Origin: Ancylonema sp.
Taxonomy: Eukaryota
Direction of reading: 5' to 3'
Assembly (NCBI GenBank): GCA_050230475.1
Contig: JBFLGF010000056.1
Coordinates: forward strand, 62,001 to 97,193
DNA length: 35,193 nt
Shown: piece by piece, positions 25,530 through 35,193 of the stretch
Numbering within the stretch: the stretch's first letter is position 1
How the letters are laid out: every line of letters starts with the position of its first letter
Program-made: the position numbers and the translations under genes
Notes under the pieces: generated by a model
What the model saw: only the letters and a program-made list of their open reading frames with translations
Databases searched by the model: none
Told to the model about the DNA's origin: nothing

Positions 25530-25928
25530 GGCGAAGGCGCTTCACCCGAATCAGATGCAAAAATTAGCGGGGGCGAATTGCGCCAGAAAAGAAGAATGTT
25601 TCTCATCCTGGTGATTGTGAGGAGTGAATGTCATCCTGCTCGGTAGAGGATAATTATTAGTACACTGCCAGGTGGGCGGGTGGCCGGGTCGAAGCGCGTA
25701 GGCAGGGTGCGTGTAAGAAGGAACACGAACGGCGCAATTAGATGTTTGGCACAAATTCCGGATGGGAAATGTCAAACGCACGCCAACTTTGGTCATGCAC
25801 GCCAACGGTGGCACGGTAACTGCACGCCAATTGCCGCCATATGCCGTTCGTTCCCAACACTCGATCGCTAATATGCTGCCAGACGCCAAACTTGGCACTC
25901 TCATCGTCAATGGCACCCCCTTGTTTTC
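23105..25928. repeat. Tandem duplication of about 1.4 kb (about 23105-24523 and 24525-25928), covering the AP5M promoter and exons 1-2, with an N at the junction
   Basis: ORFs 23940..24128 and 25341..25529 are near-identical (offset 1401). Both copies end at ...GGCACCCCCTTGTTTTC, and there is an 'n' at 24524. The left boundary is approximate because it lies in an AT microsatellite. Confidence 0.93.
23703..24128 (-). pseudogene. Proximal duplicate of AP5M exons 1-2; the exon-2 acceptor reads CG instead of AG
   Basis: Exon 1 at 24128-24064 is identical to 25529-25465. The exon 2 copy at 23748-23703 differs by one synonymous change. It is preceded by CCTTCCG (sense), where the distal copy has CCTTCAG. 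Confidence 0.6.
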
Positions 25929-26240
25929 ACTCACTCTCTAAGTACGCCTCCTTCTCCAGCGATCCATCAGCTTGTAGCTTGCGAGCAAACACCCACTTGT
26001 CCTTTACAAATCTCCAATACCTATTTGGGCTTACCACTAGCTTCCACGTCCCTCTCTCATGAAGCGACCACAACACCACCGCCATAGCCGCCCAATAAAA
26101 ATCTGCCCGCAAACTCGCCAAGGGGCTGGTTGGTGCAACAGCCGCGAGGGAGGACTCAAGAATCGCATTTGAGCTTTGTTCACACGCGCAGACCGACGGG
26201 TGGAGCTTTCTACGTATGGTGCACGTTTGGGGGGGGGGTA
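25929..26240 (-). mobile_element. Degenerate Ty1/copia LTR-retrotransposon pol fragment (start of the reverse transcriptase)
   Basis: ORF 25927..26121: WAAMAVVLWSLHERGTWKLV..P.....KDKWVFARKLQADGSLE. This follows the copia RVT_2 pattern W..AM..E..SL....TW.LV..P......KWVF..K...DG. An upstream RRSAR resembles the copia linker RRSxR. The fragment is truncated before KARLVA. Confidence 0.75.
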
Positions 26241-28092
26241 TGTTACCATTAATATCAAAACTTGTCTTATTGTGAGTGTCTATCTTATATAATTTACATG
26301 TTTTGAGATGAAAAAAATATAGTGGTAGTTGTTACAATTGGTTTCCAGGCCTAATTTCTCAAAAAACATCGCGAGCAAGCCCCTTAGTGCTTTCCACGCG
26401 TCACATATTGCATCGGGTGCAAAGTCGAGTGTTGTGGGAGCTAGCCTCATCTTTGGGGGGGGTAGTAAATAACATTATGTATGTTTCATGGATTGGTGAA
26501 ATGCTGGCAATGGGCATTTTTTATCTCGCATGAGTATGGTGCGGATCTCGACTAGATCACAACACACGTGTTAGTTGCTGCACCATCAGCCATGCCGGGC
26601 TGTGGCACTTATAAACTGAATGTCAATCGAGTCAACCCCGAAGTCATATGAACTTGATCATGCTTGACTTACTTCAAAGCACGGAATCATACACGAATTG
26701 CAATACTTGGCTGATGTGCAATGAATGTATTAATTGTCAATCCACAATTCTTGGACTTTATAAGTCCATTGTCCAGCTAACTAGAAGTTGCTATGACCGT
26801 TTTATAAACGAAATATCTAACTACAGTGACCATTCCACAAACGATTGGACTTCCTACGTTATGCACCATGTGCAATGCATTATGCAATGCATTGCACCAA
26901 ACGGTCAACTTCATGCACAAGTAGTTCTTTAAATTCTTAACTTCTAAAACGTTCATGTAAAGTGATGCTTCATATTCCACTAGTCAACATAGCATGCATA
27001 CGGTCAAAGACCTTATTTATAACATCTACTTTGGTCTCCGGTCGCGTTATAACGAGCTATTACAATTCTCTTTATAACAAAGTCTATTCACAAGTGCGAA
27101 CCTCGTTTTAAGGAAATTATTGATTGCCTTACACTACATTGGTGGGCACGAGTGAAGTTCAGTGGCGGTTTCGCGCGCGTGGTGAATTCAAGGATAATGT
27201 TCGTTACAACGATAGGATGGCACGTGGGAGTATGGCACGATGCTAGATGGCACGAAAATAATTTCCATCGTCCATACATTGTTGGAACTAGTTTGGAAAA
27301 ATTGTAGAAGTAAGAAATCCATGTATCCATACTGGACCTCCATTACGCTCGTCCTTCTCGTATGCCCGACCATTCCAACTTCGTTTGCACTTTACGACAT
27401 AGAAACAAGTAATTATTCTACTTGGATGGATCCGACACGATGACATTTTTCGTAGCCCTTGGCGGACCAAAGCGGTTACTACTCCGGATCGGCAACTTTT
27501 TTTCTTCTTCTTATGGTCTTGTATCCTACGCCCGCCATCCCAGAGCAGCTGCACACGCAAGGACATGCTGCTACGGGCATAAGTCGCTCTATCGCGAAAC
27601 ACAGCCCGACGTCAAAATATGCCGTGGGCCGGATGATTCCGTGTCGCGTTCGAGATGGCGAACGGTATATGACGGCAATTGGCGTCCTACTTAGCCAAAG
27701 TTAGCGTCAAAGTTAATCAAAGTTGGCGTGCGTATAACATTTCCTATTCCGGTTTTATCTCCACTGGGGCGCATCTATAGCGCCACCTGCCTCGACGCAA
27801 AAAATAACCGAACCATCCCAGTTCGGATTCAACACGGTTTCACACTGGGACAAAATCGGCATGTTTTTACTATCATTTGAGCAGAACCGCATGCTGAATT
27901 TTCACATTACACCTTCTTACGTACCTTTGCAGCAGCTGGAAACTTTGCGACTTTTTACACTTCCGTCGTGAGCAGTAGCACTTCGCTATAACTAGAAGTA
28001 GATGACAGCCGCATTCGTTACAACGGAGCCAATTCGCCGTGGGTGAAGGTCTGGCCACACCCTCCCTGCGGAATACCCTCTGGCGAATTCAC

Positions 28093-31000
28093 ATGGCGAC
28101 CAGTCTACAATTTACCGCACGTGCAAGCTGTCTCGGCAACCCTCCGCCAATTCAGAACACATCATGGACTTTCGCCAATTCGATTCTGCCTTCCCAGCAT
28201 ACCGCCACTACCAACCCACCCCCTCCTTCACTGTCCCGCGCAATTCTTCCCCAGCGTTCCGTCATTTGCGCCACCTCTGCTGACGATAGCGCTGAAGCTA
28301 GCACAGAATCTCGCTCTCCCCAATCCCGCACTACGTCTCCCACCCCCCCTTCTTTGCGCCCCTCCTCCTCAACCGCTACCAGAGACAGAGTCCAGCGCCC
28401 GGCTGGCAAAAGAGGCAAATCCAGCGGCAAAAAATCGGCACCGGCAGAACTCCCCAAAAGGCTCTGGCGCGAATCTTGGGTTCCCGGGTGGGGATGGGAC
28501 GGGTCTTACAACCTCGACATGGGTATCCTCGAAAGCGCCCTTTCTGCCGAAGGTCTGCCCCGGCAGAAAGTGGCCTGAGTCAGCCCTCATTTTTGTGGAC
28601 ACGGTTAGTTGTGATGCGCTTCAGGCGGTTCCGGAGGGGGAAAGAGGTCTGGTTGCGCGACAGGCGATTGGGAAGGGGGAAAGTCTGCTTTTCGTTCCTG
28701 AGTCATAATCAAAGCTCTCATGCCCTCATTTTTGTGGACACGGTTAGTTTGCGATGCCTATTGGGGGGGGTGTATGGTATGCATTGTATTGTATTGATTG
28801 CAACGTATTTATTGTATTGTATAGGAGGGGGTATGAGAAGGTTTGGTAGCAGGGTGCCAGAAATCGGAATTTGGAATTGCTGAAAGTTGTTTGTTAATTC
28901 TCGAGTGCCAAGCATTGGAATGGATGAATGGTGGGTTTGAAATTCACATGAATTGCTGTACATGTGTGGTGTTTCGAGTGGGGATGGTAGGAGATAAGAA
29001 ATAGAAATTGAGGTGAGGGTAGTGTAAGGCAAGAGGAAGTAGAAATAAAAAGACAATTGTGATATGAAAAGTGAGCAAAGTACGACAGTGATGATAATAT
29101 TACAAATATGTATATGAGTCCTCAAACGAGAATCTTTGGAAATGAATACATTACTAATTTTAACAACATTAATAATAACAACAACAAAAAAGGAACGAAG
29201 AAATAAGTATGATGATGGTAATGATCATCTTAATATAATATGATAATTATAACAACATTAAAAAATAATATAAATGAACGGAATGATGGTTATTGTAATG
29301 ATGATGATCATAATAACAGCTTTGATGTTATCATATGATAATTACAGCAACAATAATACTAACAAACTAAATGATAGTCACATAACATATTATATTAAGG
29401 ATAACAACAATGACGACAATAAAACATACTCATAAAATTAGAAATTATAATAATTTCATTGACGATGAAAGTATCAATCATGATGACAATAATAATGTTA
29501 TTATCAGTATCACCAATAATAATAATAAGGTTTATTATTATAATTATAATCATAATAATAGTAAAATCAAAAACATTATAATAACAGCAACAATTATTAT
29601 TATCACATCAAGTTTTATTATTATATTATCGACAACAATAATCAATTATGCAAATAACAGTCATGAGAGTTTATAAAATCACACAATTTTCAGAAAACAT
29701 CCACACGTTCCCATATCAACATCCACAAAAGTGACCCACAAAACTCACGGCTGAAACTAGGTTCAGAATTTTTTTGACCACCCTCTCCTCCACCAAAACG
29801 GCCCAAAGAGCAATGATTACAATCCAGGTGTCATCTGCCCCTCCCTCCAGGTGTTGTCTGAGTCCCCAGCTGGGCCCCTCCTGAAGTCCTCCCTCGTCCC
29901 TGATTGGCCCTCCCTGGCCGTGTTCCTGGTGGGGGAGGCGGCCAAGGGGGAGGACTCGCGGTGGTTCACCTACATCCAGGCGCTGCCGCAGAGCCCAGCC
30001 TGCATTCTGCTGTGGTGGGTGGGGTGGGGGGCAGGGTTCTAGGGTTATAGGGTTCTAGGGTTTTTAGGTTTTTAGGTTTTTAGGTTTTGAGGGTTTAAAG
30101 GTCATTAGGATTCTAGGGTTGTAGGGTTCTAGGGTTCGGGGGTTCGGGGTATGAGTGTCTGGGTGTGGACTTTAGAGTACATTGTTTTGGGTATAGTATT
30201 GAAGGGTAGGGTTCAGGGTTTAGGGTTTAGGGTTTAGGGTTTAGGGTTTAGGGTTTAGGGTTTAGGGTTTAGGGTTTAGGGTTTAGGTTTGATAGGATAC
30301 AGGTTTGAAATAACGGTTTAGGGTTTAGGGCTCAGCGGGAAGGGTTGAGGGTTTAGTGTTCTTTGTTTGGTGTGAAGATTTTATGGCTTAGCGTTCAGGG
30401 GATGATTTTTATGATTCACGGTTGAGGGTGACCCAACCTTTGGGATGGGGGAAAGGGGGGGGGACCTTCTGACCGGACATGTAACCGCATCCGGGCGCAG
30501 TTTTACGGTTCTGTTGTATGCGGGGGGGGGTGTTATCCGGGCAGGTCTCTGGAGGAGGTGGATGTGCTTCTGGCAGGGTCTCCTTTGCGGCAGAAGGCCT
30601 TCGATTGTATCGCTGACATCACGGAATCGTGAGTGCTGACGTCAGCGATGCGGTCAAACTTTTGCCGACGGCGGCGGTGGGAGTGGCGTGGGTCTAAAGA
30701 AGTAGAGGGCGTTTTGATTTCTGCGATTTTCTGTGATGACTCACCGATCGTTCATCAGTGAATGACGGGCTGTTTTGGTGCTTTAGTTTACGTATCATTT
30801 TATCATTTGATTGTTTGATTGTAGGCTTCCCATTTCACATAGCCAATGCAAGTAGGGAAGGGGGCACTTCAGGTATCTGACATTGGACAAACAGTTCTGA
30901 TGTGGGAAGCCTGTCTGGGCCTATAGGGGGGGCCATGGGGTCGGTGGATGTGCTTATAAGGAGGGGCGGTGTGCTTGTGCAGATTCGAGGCTCTCCAAAA

Positions 31001-31186
31001 CTCGTTATTTGAACAAAATCCCGACGTCTTCCCGCCAGAGGTGAAAAATGAATACTTTGCGAAAAGTGGGATTAAAAAAACGCACTCATCACCAACAAGA
31101 AACGAGAAGACAAACATATTCGAAGAGTGGAGTCAGGAGTGTGGGCAGCTCCAAGAGAGAATAAATGTTGACTGGGTACCAAATTT

Positions 31187-31230
<44 letters not shown>

Positions 31231-32253
31231 TACATGTATATATATATATGTATATATATGTATATATACATATATATATATGTATTTATATATATATTTG
31301 TTTTTTGTTTTTGTGATTTGGAAAACAGGGGTCAAAGGACTATCAGATGTTTAGGTTGTAGACGTGGAAAAAAACAGAGAACGGAAGAGAAGTGGAGGAG
31401 GGTGATTGCATCGTCATCTCTCGTGGTGTGTGACTCCTGTCGACCAATGTGGGGCTGCCAGGTGTTCACTTTGGGGGCGTTCAAGTGGGCGTTCGCCATC
31501 CTCTTCTCCAGACTCGTAAGCCTGCCTCCAACAGAACAACAAAAACTTCCCCACCCTTTTATTCATTTTCCTTTTTCCTTCAAATTTTTGTTCTGAATTT
31601 TCTTCGTCTTCCATTGTTTCTTTAGTGAATTTTAGTTCTGGGGTCCTTAGGGCCACTCGCTCAAATGAAGTTCACAAATGTCCGAGTATGGGAATGCAGC
31701 ATCTCTTTGTATTCGCATCGGATTCAGATTCCCAACTCAAAATTCTTCCTCTCTTTTTTATCCTACAAATTTCATTCTGCACATATTGAGACCTGTTCTT
31801 CATTTTGCAAAAAATTATTATCTTTTACCCTCTCTTTTACACTCTTTTTTTTTCCTTTGGGAAAAAAACTCATCCCGCTCCTTCACTACCCTTTTCTTTT
31901 TATCATCCTCCCCCATTCACCACCTTTATCAATCGGTCCTCCCGCGTTCTTCTACTCACATCCTTTTCTCAACAACCTCCTCCCCCCCCCCCCACTCCTC
32001 CAGGTGCGCCTCCCGTCTTTGGGGGGAAGGCTGGCTCTGGTTCCGTGGGGGGACATGCTCAACCATAGATGCGATGTGAGCCTCACAAAAAGAGGATTGA
32101 ATATCTTTATCACAAACATTTGTAGATAATATATACGTATATAGATAATATACATATATATCTATAAAGATCTCTGTGTGTATATGTATATACATATTTA
32201 TATATTTATGCATATATACATATACATGTATGTGTATATATATATACATATAT

Positions 32254-32303
<50 letters not shown>

Positions 32304-34412
32304 GTATATATATGTATATATATGTATGTATGTATGTATATACATACAAGTATATATTTATATATATATAGATATGTATGTATATATATACATATATTTA
32401 TATATATAATTTATCTACAGCATTCAATCAACTTCTGTCAATTCTTACTTAGAGGGGCAGGGGAGGAGAGGCATCGTCTCATATCACAAACGCATCCTTC
32501 CTTTTCTTTTTCTTCCCTCTCAACCACCTCTCTCTTCAGTCGTGTTTCCATCATGTGTGCTCATATTTGCTTACCATTCAACTTCACATTTTTGTTGGGC
32601 TGCAGATCGACGCGTATCTGGACTTCGACTCTGGGCGGGGGGCAGTAGTTTTGAAAACGGACCGCAAATACGAAGCAGGGGAGCAGGTGGGAAGTCACAC
32701 TCAGCATCAGACCCAACCCTTATGGACCCCAACCATGCACCTGAATTCTGCAACCCTTATGACCCCAACCATCAACCCACATCTAGCCCTCGAAACCTCT
32801 CAACCCCAACCCTCTTGTCCATCCCGCCTTCAATTCCAACATCCCCCCCCCCCTCCCCCCGCGCGTACACCTTGTGCCAGGTGTACGCTTCCTACGGGCC
32901 GCGCTCCAATGGGGATCTCCTCCTGGCCTACGGCATGCTGCCAGGTGGCAGAAACCCAAACGACTCTGTGGAGGTGCAGCTGGCGATGAGTGCAGAGGAG
33001 GGTCGGGGGGAGGAGAAGCGGGAGGCAATGGAGAAGTGCGGATTGAAGACGTATCTGAACGGCGTTGACTTTTGGGTGGCGTTGACTTTTTTGTGATGTT
33101 GACCTTTTTTGTGGCGTTGACTTTTTTGGAAGGTTCGATTTTTTTCGGTGTTTATTTTGTTTGTGGCGATGGTTTTACACAATCACTCCTTTTTAGAATG
33201 CTGCCTCATGCTCGTCTTCTATCTTGATCACAAGTGGCAAGATGACATTCAAAAAATTGATAGTTTCGGTTGTTTCCGTTTCCGCCTCCCCTCCTCTCCT
33301 TCTCCTCCTCCTCCTCCTTCTTCTCCTTCTTATCCTTCTTTTCTCTAAACTCGATTGCCTACACAGTTGCCCTTGACCCCTCCAACAAAGTTCCCAAAAA
33401 TTTCCCGTCAAGATGGAGGGCCTCCCATCCCGAATGCTCAACTTCGCCCGTCTGCTAGCAGCAGAGGATGACATCCAGCACCACGCTGAGTCAGCATCGA
33501 CAGCTGGCGCCCCCAGGGCCCCCCCCATTTCCTCAGCAACAGAGATAGCCGCCCGGGAACTCATCCTCGCCTCTTGCCAGGTGGCGCTCAGAGGGTACAC
33601 CAACTCTCTAGAGGTGAGGCAAATCTGTTGTCTCTCTGTATCTCCATACCTCCGTATTGGCCCACCTCGGTCGGTATGAGGTTCGCCCACAACAAAAACG
33701 TCGATATAAATATGAATACGAATATCAACATGATCCTTGATCTACACCTCAATTTCAACGTAAACCTCAAAGTATCCCTCAACAGTAAGATAAACCTCAA
33801 AAATATTCTGGACCAAAAAATAGTTATCGATATACGGTCATAACTTTGACTTTATTTTCAACCCCAGGAGGATGAACGGCTGGCTGCTGCTGCTAGTGCT
33901 GCTAGTAGCTCGACAGGCGACGGCCAGGTGGCGTCTGCAGAGGCTGCGGGACTGGAGAGGGTGCGATTGGCGGCCGCGTTGAGAGTCGGAGAACGAAAGA
34001 TTTTGTATCGGACCGACGTGGTAAACATTTTCTCAATTTTCTCTGGACAATGCAATGGGGCATAACCCGAAGTTGTAACCTGAGTTGTGACCGCGGTTAC
34101 TTGTTGAATGTTCGGATATTAAATTTTGGGTTCTGATTTTTTGGCATTGGAATATGGGTTTTGGATTTTGACGCGTGGGATTTGGGTTTTGGGTTTTGGG
34201 ATTTGGGATTTGGGTATTGGAAATGGGGTTTAGGGTTTTAGCTTGAAGGTCGGGGTTCTTAATTTGAATCGGTTTTGTGGCAGGTGCTGCGGGGAGAGGT
34301 GAGAGATTTGAGAGCGGTAGAAGAAGAGAGGGTGGAATTTGGGAACAATTTTGGCGGGAGGGGGAGAGGATTCGTGGATGGTTTGTTGCGGAAGATTGTG
34401 AATCCGTTTTGA
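28093..34412 (+). CDS. SET-domain protein lysine methyltransferase, Rubisco LSMT-like family, putative plastid transit peptide; exon 1 is interrupted by two insertions in this assembly (possible null allele or pseudogene)
   Basis: Exons about 28093-28742 (GLPRQK...[21 protein letters not shown]), 29851-30014 ([16 protein letters not shown]), 30545-30628, 30983-31040, 31462-31515 ([12 protein letters not shown]), 32004-32075 ([11 protein letters not shown]), 32606-32686 (DRKYEAGEQ), 32881-33050 ([24 protein letters not shown]), 33391-33613, 33868-34020 ([11 protein letters not shown]), 34284-34412 (TGA). SET motifs RGLVA, DMLNH and EQVxxSYG are intact. In-frame stops at 28576-28578 and 28706-28708 come from the insertions. 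Confidence 0.88.
30219..30287 (+). repeat. Interstitial plant-type telomeric repeat (TTTAGGG)9 in SET intron 2, within a longer degenerate G-rich tract (about 30030-30360)
   Basis: Nine perfect TTTAGGG units at 30219-30281, plus flanking TTCTAGGG, TTTTAGG and TTCAGGG variants. Confidence 0.95.
33061..33130. repeat. Four degenerate copies of GTGGCGTTGACTTTTT just after the SET exon 8 donor
   Basis: Read directly, period about 17-19 bp. Confidence 0.75.
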
Positions 34413-35193
34413 ACGAAATTCAAGTTCCCAAAAATTTCCCGTCAAGATGGAGGGCCTCCCATCCCGAATGCTCAACTTCGCCCGTCTGCTAGCAGCAGAG
34501 GATGACATCCAGCACCACGCTGAGTCAGCATCGACAGCTGGCGCCCCCAGGGCCCCCCCCATTTCCTCAGCAACAGAGATAGCCGCCCGGGAACTCATCC
34601 TCGCCTCTTGCCAGGTGGCGCTCAGAGGGTACACCAACTCTCTAGAGGTGAGGCAAATCTGTTGTCTCTCTGTATCTCCATACCTCCGTATTGGCCCACC
34701 TCGGTCGGTATGAGGTTCGCCCACAACAAAAACGTCGATATAAATATGAATACGAATATCAACATGATCCTTGATCTACACCTCAATTTCAACGTAAACC
34801 TCAAAGTATCCCTCAACAGTAAGATAAACCTCAAAAATATTCTGGACCAAAAAATAGTTATCGATATACGGTCATAACTTTGACTTTATTTTCAACCCCA
34901 GGAGGATGAACGGCTGGCTGCTGCTGCTAGTGCTGCTAGTAGCTCGACAGGCGACGGCCAGGTGGCGTCTGCAGAGGCTGCGGGACTGGAGAGGGTGCGA
35001 TTGGCGGCCGCGTTGAGAGTCGGAGAACGAAAGATTTTGTATCGGACCGACGTGGTAAACATTTTCTCAATTTTCTCTGGACAATGCAATGGGGCATAAC
35101 CCGAAGTTGTAACCTGAGTTGTGACCGCGGTTACTTGTTGAATGTTCGGATATTAAATTTTGGGTTCTGATTTTTTGGCATTGGAATATGGGT
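33388..35193. repeat. Tandem direct duplication, period 1034 bp (33388-34421 and 34422 to beyond the window end), covering the last exons of the SET gene
   Basis: Identical ORFs at 33413/34447, 33574/34608 and 33858/34892. The second copy starts at AAGTTCCCAAAAATTTCCC, 9 nt after the stop codon. Confidence 0.97.

Noticed and set aside
27010..27115. CGTTATAACGAG and GAACCTCGTTTTAAG motifs reminiscent of Tc1/pogo terminal repeats
   Set aside because: Too short and degenerate. No convincing inverted pair with a TA duplication could be defined without a repeat-library search.
30219..30287. Possible chromosome end or fusion site
   Set aside because: Only nine units, located inside an intron with collinear in-phase exons on both sides, and no head-to-head inversion.

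Overview
Eukaryotic nuclear DNA from the green lineage, most likely a streptophyte alga. This is inferred from plant-type ALA2, MED7, plastid ABCF and AP-5 mu homologues, TTTAGGG repeats, and GT-AG introns full of microsatellites. Five intron-containing genes can be built exon by exon: (1) an ALA2-type P4-ATPase lipid flippase (-, runs off the left edge); (2) Mediator subunit MED7 (+); (3) plastid-type ABCF5 (-); (4) AP-5 complex mu subunit (-); (5) a plastid Rubisco-LSMT-like SET-domain methyltransferase (+). Three tandem duplications of 1.0-1.4 kb hit gene ends. Two are sequence-identical and probably assembly joins; the third is a mosaic of diverged and identical sequence in which one copy has lost a splice acceptor. 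Other notable points: frameshifts at G/C homopolymers in ALA2 and AP5M; a templated insertion in SET exon 1 that preserves the uninterrupted version of a site broken further downstream; a roughly 125-bp inverted homology shared by the divergent AP5M and SET promoters; nested MITE-like remnants; a Ty1/copia RT fragment; telomere-like 7-8-mer arrays in introns; and many G-rich 3' splice sites with no polypyrimidine tract. No tRNA, rRNA or CRISPR array was seen. Homology calls come from recalled family motifs, not from searches. No clearly novel biological system can be proven from the sequence alone.
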